Source: Candidatus Delongbacteria bacterium
GTDB taxonomy: Bacteria; CAIWAD01
DNA length: 64,000 nt
Assembly: GCA_963663545.1 (NCBI GenBank)
Contig: OY760505.1
Span: 64,001-128,000 of the forward strand
Reading direction: 5' to 3'
The notes under the pieces were generated by a model, which saw nothing but the letters and a program-made list of their open reading frames with translations, had not been told where the DNA came from and did not search any database. A program made the position numbers and the translations under genes. The stretch's first letter is position 1, and each line of letters starts with the position of its first letter. Shown one piece after another: positions 16,131 to 25,485 of the stretch.

Positions 16131-18068
16131 ATGCCCCAGAATCTCGTTGAGAAGATTGCCCAGCGCTACGCAGCCGGGCTGGATTCCGGACACATTGTCA
16201 GAGCCGGTGATTTTCTTTCGATACGGCCGGCCCATGTGCTGACACACGACAATACCGGTGCCGTGATGCCCAAGTTCAAGGAAATCGGCGCGGCCGCTTT
16301 CGCCAATCCAGATCAGGTCGTGTACGCGCTGGATCATAATGTTCAGGACACAAGCGAGGCGAATCGGGCCAAGTACGCGCGCATTGAAGCTTTCGCGAAA
16401 GAGCAGGGAAGCCACTTCCATCCTGCAGGTCGCGGAATCGGTCACCAGATTATGGTAGAAGAGGGATTTGCCTGGCCGGGGACCATGGTCGTGGCAAGTG
16501 ATAGCCACTCGAACATGTACGGTGGTGTTGCAGCGCTGGGAACCCCCATTGTCCGCACGGATGCAGCAGCCATCTGGGCCACGGGGCGCACCTGGTGGCA
16601 GGTACCGCCGGTTGCGCGTGTTACTTTGACCGGCAAGCTGCGCACGGGTGTTACAGGCAAGGATGTCATTCTCACCTTGTGCTCCGTCTACGGGCAGGAT
16701 GAGGTGTTGAATCACGCTATCGAGTTCACCGGGCCTGGCGTCGCGGATCTGAACATCGAACAGCGCATGACCATTGCAAACATGACTACGGAGTGGGGAG
16801 CACTGGCGGGGGTCTTTCCCGTGGATGAGGTTTTGCTGCAATGGCTTGAGCAGCGATTAGCCTTTGTCGGTAGTTCTCATCCGCGTATCACACGTGCCCG
16901 TATTGATGAGCTGAAGCATGACACAGTACGCGCTGATGACGATGCCGTTTACGCCGTGGATGTAACCCTCGATCTGGCCAGTGTCTCGCCATGGCTCTCT
17001 GGACCGCATAATCTGAAGAAGGCGCGCCCTGTGGCTGAAGCGGCAGCAGAAGGCATGAAAATTCACAAAGCCTATCTGCTGAGCTGCGTCAATGGCAGGG
17101 CCGGAGATCTGGAACAAGCAGCGGCCGTGTTACGCGACAACTGCGTCCACGAGGGTGTCGAGCTCTATGTGTCACCGGCCTCCAGTCAAGTCCAGGAACA
17201 GTGTGAAGCCTCTGGTGCCTGGCAGGTGCTGGTGGACAGTGGTGCCAAGATTCTGCCACCCGGTTGTGGTCCATGCATTGGTCTTGGCGTTGGTTTGCTG
17301 GAACCGGGAGAAGTGGGCATTAGCGCCACCAACCGGAATTTCAAGGGGCGCATGGGAAGCCCTGAAGCCGAGGCTTATCTGGCGTCACCCGCTGTTGTTG
17401 CAGCTAGCGCGGTTGCTGGCAGAGTTGCCCTGCCGGAAGGGGCTGCTGGAGTGGTCAAGCCTGTCAGCAGTATTGTGATCCATCCTGCCGGGAATGAGCA
17501 GGGCAGTGAAGTCAGTCTATTGGCGGGATTCCCGCAGGTGCTCGAGGGTGAACTGCTCTTATGCGATGTGGATAACTTGAACACCGACGGTATCTATGCT
17601 GGCAAGTGGACGTACAAGGACGACATGGGGCCAGAGGATCAGGCCAGCGTGGCCATGGAAAACTATGATCCCGATTTTCGCAGCATAGCGCGCAAGGGCG
17701 ATCTGCTGGTGGGGGGATTCAACTTCGGTACCGGTTCAAGCCGCGAACAGGCCGCAACCGCACTGAAGTATTTTGGTATTGCGCTCGTGCTGGCGGGCTC
17801 TTTCAGCGAAACCTACAAGCGCAATGCACTGAACAACGGCTTCCTTCCGCTGGAGTGCCCCGAGCTGGTGCGCGACTTGCGTGAGCGCTTCCGCGAGAAA
17901 ACTCTCAGCCGACGCACGGGTATTCAGGTTCGCCTTGATTTCCGTCGTGCCCGTCTAGAGACTGCCGATACTGCGTACAAGCTTGCCCCAGTGGGCGCAG
18001 CAGCCCAAGAGCTCGTTTTGGCAGGGGGGCTGGAGAACTGGGTCAAGCAGGAGCTGGCTCGCGGCTAA
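16131..18068 (+). CDS. lysF: Homoaconitase, single-chain (Lys4/LysF-like)
   Basis: THDN, DSHSNMYG, SCVNGR, CGPCIG and TNRNFKGRMG, with fused swivel domain NTDGIY and GSSREQA. Confidence 0.8.
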   Translation: MPQNLVEKIAQRYAAGLDSGHIVRAGDFLSIRPAHVLTHDNTGAVMPKFKEIGAAAFANPDQVVYALDHNVQDTSEANRAKYARIEAFAKEQGSHFHPAGRGIGHQIMVEEGFAWPGTMVVASDSHSNMYGGVAALGTPIVRTDAAAIWATGRTWWQVPPVARVTLTGKLRTGVTGKDVILTLCSVYGQDEVLNHAIEFTGPGVADLNIEQRMTIANMTTEWGALAGVFPVDEVLLQWLEQRLAFVGSSHPRITRARIDELKHDTVRADDDAVYAVDVTLDLASVSPWLSGPHNLKKARPVAEAAAEGMKIHKAYLLSCVNGRAGDLEQAAAVLRDNCVHEGVELYVSPASSQVQEQCEASGAWQVLVDSGAKILPPGCGPCIGLGVGLLEPGEVGISATNRNFKGRMGSPEAEAYLASPAVVAASAVAGRVALPEGAAGVVKPVSSIVIHPAGNEQGSEVSLLAGFPQVLEGELLLCDVDNLNTDGIYAGKWTYKDDMGPEDQASVAMENYDPDFRSIARKGDLLVGGFNFGTGSSREQAATALKYFGIALVLAGSFSETYKRNALNNGFLPLECPELVRDLRERFREKTLSRRTGIQVRLDFRRARLETADTAYKLAPVGAAAQELVLAGGLENWVKQELARG

Positions 18069-18091
18069 CGCTTTGACAGAGCGAGAAAATG

Positions 18092-18123
18092 CGGGGAGTC
18101 TACGGACTCCCCTTTCTGTTTTT
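18092..18123 (+). terminator. Rho-independent terminator
   Basis: GGGGAGTC-TACG-GACTCCCC followed by TTTCTGTTTTT. Confidence 0.85.
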
Positions 18124-18134
18124 GTCGCTTCGGC

Positions 18135-18163
18135 TTGACTTTCCCTTTGAGATGCCATAGATT
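18135..18163 (+). promoter_or_regulatory. Sigma-70 promoter of the tRNA pair
   Basis: TTGACT-17 nt-TAGATT, 15 nt before the first tRNA. Confidence 0.7.
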
Positions 18164-18178
18164 AGGTGTCCTATTCAC

Positions 18179-18251
<73 letters not shown>

Positions 18252-18276
18252 TTGATCAGCCTTCGGCGGATCCTGT

Positions 18277-18350
18277 GGCAGTGTAGCTCAGTCGGTTAGA
18301 GCAGCGGAATCATAATCCGCGTGTCCGGGGTTCGAGTCCCTGCACTGCTA
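18277..18350 (+). tRNA. tRNA-Met (CAT), probably elongator
   Basis: GGCAGTG/CACTGCT acceptor stem; GCGGA-ATCATAA-TCCGC anticodon arm; GTTCGAG T-loop. Confidence 0.9.
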
Positions 18351-18356
18351 TTCACC

Positions 18357-18381
18357 ACGGCCCCTTGTCAGGGGCTGTTTT
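18357..18381 (+). terminator. Terminator after the tRNAs
   Basis: ACGGCCCCT-TGTC-AGGGGCTGT followed by a T run. Confidence 0.8.
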
Positions 18382-18512
18382 CATTCTGGACAAAGCACAA
18401 TAGCTAACTCGAGTCGAGGAAGTTCTTTTCGTGGACGGGACTGCAAATAGGGTCCGACAGTCTTGTGCAAGTGTCCGGGGTTTGCGTTTTTTAAAGCGCT
18501 CGGTTTCGTTCC

Positions 18513-18660
18513 GGGAAGGGCACGATCGAGCTGATCGATCGCTACTGACACGCGGTCGAAAGCAACTGGCTGAAGACCCTCGCCCTCTAGCCAGGTGAGG
18601 ATCGAGAATCCCATCGTAAGCGTTTGACGCGTCGGAGTGAAGGTTCACGTTCGCCTTTTT
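18513..18660 (+). ncRNA. Candidate structured RNA (irregular rod)
   Basis: Nested complementary segments with many G-U pairs; ends in GCCTTTTT. Confidence 0.35.
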
Positions 18661-18693
18661 GGTGCTTGGACCCCTCTGAAAGCAGGAAATTCC

Positions 18694-19356
18694 ATGCGGA
18701 AAAAACAGAGCAATGCAACACCATCGGCCAGCAGCACTTCGGCCGAGATCAACCGTAAGATTAACGCACTGGTCATGCTGCTTGAGGAGCGCGGTGTCAT
18801 CGAACCCGGAGAGTTTGACGATGCCGTGATGAACTTGAAGATCCAGTTGGCGGACCAGATGCCGAAGAATGGCAAGCCTCAGAAGCCGGTAAAACCCGCC
18901 GCCAAGCCCGTCAAGGGCGGAAAGCCGCAACCACAGGGACGCACCAAGGGCAAGGGCAATGAATACGTCGGCCCGGAGCGGCGCAATCCGCAAACCGTGA
19001 CACCGGCCCGGCCTGGGCAGGACCGACGCAGCCCGGCCAAAGTGCCAACGGGACACATTTCCGGCACCATTACCCGCAGCAGTACGCACCAGAGCATTTC
19101 TGGTGTGCAGTTGATTCTTAGACGCAGCATGAACGGCAGCATGGCGCCTACGCAGTTCCGTTCCACGAAGTCCGATCTGCAGGGCCGTTTTGTGTTCCTC
19201 AACCTGCCACTGCACAAGGACAGCGACCCGGACGAGGCCTATCGCTATGATCTGGAAGTGCGCTATCGCAATCAGACCCTGCACAGCGAGACCAATTTGC
19301 TGCTGGTGGCCAATCAGACGCTGTTGCACAATATGACGCTCGATATTGAGGAATGA
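18694..19356 (+). CDS. Hypothetical protein with low-complexity linker and carboxypeptidase-regulatory-like beta domain
   Basis: GHISGTIT...SISGVQLIL...TKSDLQGRFVFLNLP. Confidence 0.65.
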   Translation: MRKKQSNATPSASSTSAEINRKINALVMLLEERGVIEPGEFDDAVMNLKIQLADQMPKNGKPQKPVKPAAKPVKGGKPQPQGRTKGKGNEYVGPERRNPQTVTPARPGQDRRSPAKVPTGHISGTITRSSTHQSISGVQLILRRSMNGSMAPTQFRSTKSDLQGRFVFLNLPLHKDSDPDEAYRYDLEVRYRNQTLHSETNLLLVANQTLLHNMTLDIEE

Positions 19357-20719
19357 GTCCGCACACACACGGCTACTTCAGACCCTGAGCGAACATCTGC
19401 CCGCGGATGGAAGCCCCTTGTTACTGGCCCTTTCAGGAGGGCTTGATTCAACTTGCCTGCTGGAGCTCTGCGTGCGAGAACGAGCCCGGAGCGGTCGACG
19501 CTTGCGCGCATTGCATGTGAATCACGGCCTGCGTGGAAGCGATGCTGATGCCGATGAGGGGCTGGTGCGCGATCAGTGCCGTACACACGGAGTCCCCTTG
19601 CGGGTACTGTGCGCCGACCCCTCGGTTCTGCGTCAAGGAAACCTGCAGCATCAGGCTCACTGTTTTCGCCGTACTTGCCTGCTTGATGAGCGCGAAGAAG
19701 GGGAGTGGATTCTGACCGCGCATCACGCAGCCGATCAGACAGAGAGCCTTCTGGCTGCACTCCTGCATGCGAAACTCCCCTGGGGTCTGGCGGGAATTCT
19801 GCCGCTGGACAAGCCCTGGCTGCGTCCCCTATTGTCCGTATCACGTAGTGAATTACTAGCCTGGGCGCTAGCGAACGGGCTGACGTGGCGCGAAGACAAA
19901 AGCAATTGGGATTCCAGCTATGAGCGTAACTACATCCGGCACGCGATTGCGGCTCCATTGCGTGACAGACTAGGCGAAGAGCTGGAGCAGATCTTCGGGC
20001 GCATCTCGTGCCAAGTAGCCGCTGCGCGAGAGAGTTTGCAACAATGCAGCGAGGAAGTTCTTGATAATTCAACGCTTGGCAAGATAGAGGACTGTATCAC
20101 GCTTGCGCGTGCACCCATACTTCAGTACCATGATCTGATTGTTCGAGAACTCTTGCTGAGGCTGTCCAGGCGCTTGGCCTTTTGGCCAAGACCACCGATT
20201 CAACAGCGTCTGCAAGAGATCGTTGACTTTATGCGACAGGGATCTCCCGGCAAGTGGAAAGCGCTTGATGCGCAATGGGAGCTTAGCCTTAGTCGTGGTC
20301 GTGTGCAGATCCATCGTGGATTGCCGGAGCTTCCTGCTGAAGCGGGACTAGCAGCTACGCCACTGACGTACGGCTTGGGCCGCTTTTTCGTTGCAGAAGC
20401 TCCCGTTTCCAATGGTGCCACCTCCTTGTGTCTTAGCGACGACCAGCTGAACCGGGCGCGCTTGCGCAGATGGTCTGCTGGTGATCGCGTGCGTCTTTCG
20501 TGCACAAGTGGGAAGTCGGTTGCCGACCTGCTGAGCGCCGCCGGCCTTACGCGCTATGAGAAAGCGTGTCAACCGGTCGTGGAGCTTGACCGTAAAATTC
20601 TCTGGATACCGGGTGTTGCCGCCGCGTGGCGGGAACCAGACATGGAATTCATTTCTTCAAACGGGATACGTTATGAGTCGTTTGCACATCGACAACATGA
20701 CCTTCGAGGTCTTGATTGA
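19346..20719 (+). CDS. tilS: tRNA(Ile)-lysidine synthase
   Basis: ALSGGLDS, HVNHGLRG, TAHHAADQTE, RPLL and WREDKSN. Confidence 0.92.
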   Translation: MRNESAHTRLLQTLSEHLPADGSPLLLALSGGLDSTCLLELCVRERARSGRRLRALHVNHGLRGSDADADEGLVRDQCRTHGVPLRVLCADPSVLRQGNLQHQAHCFRRTCLLDEREEGEWILTAHHAADQTESLLAALLHAKLPWGLAGILPLDKPWLRPLLSVSRSELLAWALANGLTWREDKSNWDSSYERNYIRHAIAAPLRDRLGEELEQIFGRISCQVAAARESLQQCSEEVLDNSTLGKIEDCITLARAPILQYHDLIVRELLLRLSRRLAFWPRPPIQQRLQEIVDFMRQGSPGKWKALDAQWELSLSRGRVQIHRGLPELPAEAGLAATPLTYGLGRFFVAEAPVSNGATSLCLSDDQLNRARLRRWSAGDRVRLSCTSGKSVADLLSAAGLTRYEKACQPVVELDRKILWIPGVAAAWREPDMEFISSNGIRYESFAHRQHDLRGLD

Positions 20720-21215
20720 CCGTACGCGAATTGCCGAGCGCGTGCGTGAGCTGGCCCAGGAGCTGAGCGCTGATTTCGCGGGTAAAAACCCGATTCTGAT
20801 GATCGTGCTCAATGGCGGCTTTGTCTTTGGCGCCGATCTGCTACGTGCCCTGGACATTGACTGCGAAGTGGATTTCATCAAGATTTCCAGCTATGGTGAT
20901 GAAATGACCACTTCGGGCGAAGTGAAGATGAAGAAGGACTACGATTGCCTGGTGCACGATCGCCATATCGTCGTAGTGGAGGACATCGTCGACAGCGGCC
21001 TCAGTTTGAGCTTCCTTAAGCGCAAGTTCGAGCTGCAGGATCCTGCCTCCATCTCCTTTGTTTCGCTGTTGCACAAACCCGCCAATTCCCGCCTGGATTT
21101 CGAGCTGAATTATGTCGGTTTTGAGATCGGTGAAGAGTTTGTGTTGGGCTATGGGCTCGATTATCGCCAGAACTGGCGCAATCTGCCTGATATCTACGTG
21201 CGTGTTGAGGCTTAG
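20673..21215 (+). CDS. hpt: Hypoxanthine phosphoribosyltransferase
   Basis: VVEDIVDSGLS PRPP loop; FVLGYGLDY. Confidence 0.93.
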   Translation: MSRLHIDNMTFEVLIDRTRIAERVRELAQELSADFAGKNPILMIVLNGGFVFGADLLRALDIDCEVDFIKISSYGDEMTTSGEVKMKKDYDCLVHDRHIVVVEDIVDSGLSLSFLKRKFELQDPASISFVSLLHKPANSRLDFELNYVGFEIGEEFVLGYGLDYRQNWRNLPDIYVRVEA

Positions 21216-21251
21216 ACTCAGGCCGAAAGCCTGTAGAGAGGATAGAACCCC

Positions 21252-23309
21252 ATGAGTGAAGGACCGCGACGCGAACAGCGGCCCCGCAAGGAAAACGGCG
21301 GATCCAATTGGCGCAAGGCCTATGGTTCGGTCATTTTCTGGGTCATGATGCTGGTGGTCATGATTCTGCTCGCCCAGGCCTTCGACAGTGAACCTGCCGT
21401 CGAGCACCTGACCTACACCAATTACCGCGAGATGGTAGAAGCGCCGGATACACGCGTCGAGTCCATCAAAGTAGTCGCGGACCCCGTGACGCCGGTTGGA
21501 ACCCTGCGCGTACTCGAGGACGGCGGTGAGGGCGAGCGCAACTACAAGCAGTACACGGTCAATCTGCCTGAACAACTGGCCGACGATCTGGAGCTGTGGC
21601 GCACGCGCAACATTCCCTTCGATTTTGAACCTCGGCGCACGAATTGGATGGCCTATATCCTGACCTCCATTCTGCCCTGGGTGGTACTTTTCGGCGTCTG
21701 GATCTTCTTCTTGAGGCGCATGCAGGGAGGCGGCGGCGGTAGTCGCGGAGTCTTTAATTTTGGCAAGAGCCGCGCGAAGATGTCCAGCGAGAATCAGGTC
21801 AAGGTGACCTTTGCCGATGTAGCCGGAGCGGACGAAGCCAAAGAAGAACTGGCCGAGATTATCGAATTCCTCAAGGAGCCGCGACGCTTCAGTCGCCTTG
21901 GAGGACGCATACCCAAGGGAGCATTGATGCTCGGCCCCCCGGGAACCGGCAAGACACTGCTGGCCCGAGCGGTGGCCGGCGAGGCAGGCGTGCCTTTCTT
22001 CAGTATGAGCGGTGCGGATTTCGTCGAGATGTTCGTGGGCGTTGGTGCCAGCCGTGTGCGTGACCTGTTCGAACAGGGCAAGAAGAGCGCGCCCTGCATT
22101 ATTTTCATCGACGAAATCGACGCCGTTGGCCGCCAGCGCGGTGCCGGTCTGGGGGGCGGACACGACGAGCGGGAGCAGACCCTGAATCAGCTTCTGGTTG
22201 AGATGGACGGCTTCGAGTCCAACGAAGGTGTCATTCTAATTGCGGCCACCAACCGTCCCGATGTGCTGGATCCAGCGCTGATGCGTCCTGGTCGCTTTGA
22301 CCGGCAAATTGTCGTGGATCGCCCCGACGTTCGTGGTCGCGAGGGCATTCTGCGCGTGCACTCTGCCAAGGTTCCGCTGAGCAAGGATGTGGACCTGAAG
22401 GTAGTTGCCAAAGGGACTCCGGGCCTGGCGGGCGCAGAGTTGGCAAACATCGTGAACGAGGCCGCGCTTCTGGCCGCACGTCGCAATCAGACCGAAGTCG
22501 CCATGGAGGATTTCGAAGAGGCACGCGACAAGGTGCTAATGGGTACGGCGCGCAGAAGTCTGATGCTGACCGAAGAGGACAAGCGCATCACAGCCTTCCA
22601 CGAGGCGGGCCATGCTTTGGTTTCGGCCTTGCTGCCCGACTCCAATCCGTTGCACAAAGTGACCATCATTCCACGCGGTCGCGCCTTGGGCTTGACCTGG
22701 CAGCTGCCGGAGGACAACTTGCACCAGACGCGCCGCAAACTGCTGGCAGAACTGCGGGTGCTGTATGCGGGACGCGAAGCCGAGAAGCTCGTCTTTGGTG
22801 ATGTAACGACGGGTGCCCAGAACGATATTCAGCGTGCTACACAAATCGCCGAAGCGATGGTTTGTGAAGTGGGCATGAGCGATGCAATGGGCCTGCGCAG
22901 CTACGGCAAGAAGCAGGAAGAGATTTTCCTGGGGCGCGAAATCAGCCAACGGCGCGATTTCTCTGAGCGCACCGCCGAGCGCATCGATGCCGAGGTGGAC
23001 CGGATTTTACAGGAAGCTCGTGAAGAAACAGCCAAGCTACTGCAGGAGAACGAAGAGCATCTGCGTCGTCTGGCTGAAGAACTGCTGAAGCGCGAGATTC
23101 TGGATCGTGAGGACATTGAGACCATCCTGCGAGGCGAAGAGCTTCAGCCCATGCCGAACGGTGATACAAAGCCCGAGACCTCCCCTGACGAAGAACCCGT
23201 TGCCGAAGCGTCAGCGGAGGCTGCGGTTGACAGTTCGGAGGAAGTCCTTGACGGAGAGCGCGCCTCAGGTTTAGGAGATGAAATAGAGGCGGACGAGGAG
23301 CGTGCATGA
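21252..23309 (+). CDS. ftsH: ATP-dependent zinc metalloprotease FtsH
   Basis: Two TM helices; [26 protein letters not shown]. Confidence 0.97.
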   Translation: MSEGPRREQRPRKENGGSNWRKAYGSVIFWVMMLVVMILLAQAFDSEPAVEHLTYTNYREMVEAPDTRVESIKVVADPVTPVGTLRVLEDGGEGERNYKQYTVNLPEQLADDLELWRTRNIPFDFEPRRTNWMAYILTSILPWVVLFGVWIFFLRRMQGGGGGSRGVFNFGKSRAKMSSENQVKVTFADVAGADEAKEELAEIIEFLKEPRRFSRLGGRIPKGALMLGPPGTGKTLLARAVAGEAGVPFFSMSGADFVEMFVGVGASRVRDLFEQGKKSAPCIIFIDEIDAVGRQRGAGLGGGHDEREQTLNQLLVEMDGFESNEGVILIAATNRPDVLDPALMRPGRFDRQIVVDRPDVRGREGILRVHSAKVPLSKDVDLKVVAKGTPGLAGAELANIVNEAALLAARRNQTEVAMEDFEEARDKVLMGTARRSLMLTEEDKRITAFHEAGHALVSALLPDSNPLHKVTIIPRGRALGLTWQLPEDNLHQTRRKLLAELRVLYAGREAEKLVFGDVTTGAQNDIQRATQIAEAMVCEVGMSDAMGLRSYGKKQEEIFLGREISQRRDFSERTAERIDAEVDRILQEAREETAKLLQENEEHLRRLAEELLKREILDREDIETILRGEELQPMPNGDTKPETSPDEEPVAEASAEAAVDSSEEVLDGERASGLGDEIEADEERA

Positions 23310-23926
23310 GCCAGTACAGCGAGGAGGAACTCCGTAAACAGATTCGCGAAGAACTGGCTGCGGAGGCCGCCCGCGCGAAGGAGCGCAGACAGATTGCCAG
23401 CACTCCACCACGTGATGAAGCCGAAACAATGCGACGTCGCATCCTTGAAGAGGAGCGGCGCCGTTTCTTTCAGGATTCCGCTGAGCACTTTGAGTACATC
23501 AATGAAAACGGGGATGTCGAGTGGCTCACGCGTGAGGAAATCACCGCACGTGAAGGGTATTTCGATTACGAAGAGCACGTCGAAGATCCTCTTGCCGGGC
23601 GGCGCCGCTTTTTGATCTGGATGAGTGTCGGTGTTTTCGTGATGCTGTCGGCCGCCTGGGGAGTGGTGAGCTGGGTTCTGCCAGCGACGGGTCAACTCAG
23701 CGTTGTCTGCAATGTCCCTGCAGCCACTATTTTAGTGGATGGCCAGGAAAGCGGTTATACGACCGATGCCATTCTGGAGTTGCCCATCGGCGAGCACCTG
23801 GTGGAAGTACGCGCCTGGGGATATCATGTCAGCGGTGATCCGGTGCGCGTTGTCACCGTGCAAGAAGACCAACTCAGCCTAAGTGAGTTCAGACTGGAAG
23901 CGGTCGGACAAGCGACGGAGCCCTGA
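23306..23926 (+). CDS. Membrane-anchored PEGA domain protein
   Basis: Charged N-terminus, one TM helix, then VCNVPAATILVDGQESGYTT...LPIGEHLVEV. Confidence 0.75.
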   Translation: MSQYSEEELRKQIREELAAEAARAKERRQIASTPPRDEAETMRRRILEEERRRFFQDSAEHFEYINENGDVEWLTREEITAREGYFDYEEHVEDPLAGRRRFLIWMSVGVFVMLSAAWGVVSWVLPATGQLSVVCNVPAATILVDGQESGYTTDAILELPIGEHLVEVRAWGYHVSGDPVRVVTVQEDQLSLSEFRLEAVGQATEP

Positions 23927-25485
23927 TGGGAAGGCAGCCCGAGCATTCCTCGACCAAACCTGTGTATTACGCCGGCGAGGGCTTTGACGATCAACCGCCT
24001 CGGCGGCGCGGCCTATTTCTATGGCTGTCCATTCTGTTGCTGGCATTGCTTGCTATCGGGGGAGCCATATTCTGGCTGCACGCGAGGCAGACGGCGAGTT
24101 TTATCGTTCACGTCGATAGTCAACCCCCGGGTGCCAGCGTCCTGCTGGATATGCAGCCTACGGAGTATATAACACCGGCTCGGATCGAGCTGAAGGCGAA
24201 GCAAGCGACGCTGCTACAGGTTCGCACCCCAGGGATGAACAGCGACCCGATGGCCGTGCAACTCAGTGTGGCCCGTGATACAAGCCTCTGCTTTGTGCTT
24301 ACCCCGCTACCGCCGACTGTAGTGACACCAGCGGAATCCAGACAAACAAACGCTGGCAGTGTTAGGCCCGAAAACGTTGTGTCACGTGGTGGCGAACTTG
24401 CCCTGCTGGAGGCGCGACTCGGGGTTGATCTTGATGTGGCGGAGACCGGTACACGCATACAAGCCTCAGCTCCCGTCGCAGGCCAAAGCCGTGATACACA
24501 AACACGAAAGCCAAAGACTCAGGCCGCATCACGCTTTGATCTACCCACCATTCCGGCGGAGCGACCGGTAGAGCAGGATCCTCCTGCCCAAGAGACGCGA
24601 CAGGGCCGCCTGCGCGTCGACAATTGGCGTGACGCTTTCCGATTGCGGTTGGATGATCGTGAAATCGGTTACCAGGGCGAGTTCGAGCTCGTGCCGGGGC
24701 CACATCGTCTCACAATTGATCTGGATCGCCAGCTATTGCTCGATACGCTCATGACCTTCAAACCCGGAGAAGTACACGCGCTGCAGTTGCCGGGTGAGGC
24801 GCATTTTGTCTCCCTGATCACCTTGCCGGTCGAAGGCGAGATCGTCAGTGGGGATGAAGTGTTGGGCACCGGCACGGCGTTGATTTCGCGCTCGCGGCTG
24901 CCAATGGAGATTCACTTCATGCCCGTCAAGGGCTTTTTGGAACCCGCCACCTTGGTTCTCAGCAAGCGCGATCCGCTCGAAGTGGAGGCCTTCTACATTG
25001 AGGAGCAAACACTTTCCTGGGATCTGCGACCGAGTGAACACCAGTTGCGCGCTATCGCGGCCGGTTATTATCTGCCCGGTCAGGGCTTTGTTGCCGATCG
25101 GGAGCGCGGGCCGCAAACCGATGGAGAGCGACTGCTACTCGGGCGAGCCTTCCATGACCGCAGGCCCGGTGGTAGCCAGCAGATCGAGTTCCTCTTTGTG
25201 CTTCCTGAAGGCGTGCATGAAGGCATGCCAGCGCGCCTGCGATTGCGTGTCGCGGATAGCGAAGACAGCTTTCCGATGCAGTTCACTGATCTGGCGACGC
25301 TCACCGTGGAGCTGAACGGCCAACGCCTCGCGGACGATGTCACGCTGGGGCAGGAAACCGAGACCCGCAATTGGCCCATCAGTCGTATGATTCACTCGGG
25401 CGAAAACCGGCTCAGCCTGCGTAACACAGAGCGAGCTACCAGCGCCAGTGCGATCTACAGTGTCGAAGTGGAATTGAAGCGATGA
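23926..25485 (+). CDS. Membrane-anchored PEGA domain protein
   Basis: TM helix, then VDSQPPGASVLLD...TPARI and further beta domains. Confidence 0.72.
   Translation: MGRQPEHSSTKPVYYAGEGFDDQPPRRRGLFLWLSILLLALLAIGGAIFWLHARQTASFIVHVDSQPPGASVLLDMQPTEYITPARIELKAKQATLLQVRTPGMNSDPMAVQLSVARDTSLCFVLTPLPPTVVTPAESRQTNAGSVRPENVVSRGGELALLEARLGVDLDVAETGTRIQASAPVAGQSRDTQTRKPKTQAASRFDLPTIPAERPVEQDPPAQETRQGRLRVDNWRDAFRLRLDDREIGYQGEFELVPGPHRLTIDLDRQLLLDTLMTFKPGEVHALQLPGEAHFVSLITLPVEGEIVSGDEVLGTGTALISRSRLPMEIHFMPVKGFLEPATLVLSKRDPLEVEAFYIEEQTLSWDLRPSEHQLRAIAAGYYLPGQGFVADRERGPQTDGERLLLGRAFHDRRPGGSQQIEFLFVLPEGVHEGMPARLRLRVADSEDSFPMQFTDLATLTVELNGQRLADDVTLGQETETRNWPISRMIHSGENRLSLRNTERATSASAIYSVEVELKR

Noticed and set aside
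18351-19356. Genomic island integrated at tRNA-Met
   Set aside because: No integrase, no duplicated tRNA 3' end seen, and housekeeping genes follow.
20841-22163. 440-aa minus-strand ORF
   Set aside because: Antisense to hpt/ftsH; a typical GC-rich shadow ORF. The same applies to 9631-10572, 18352-19368, 35233-36075 and 52945-53922.
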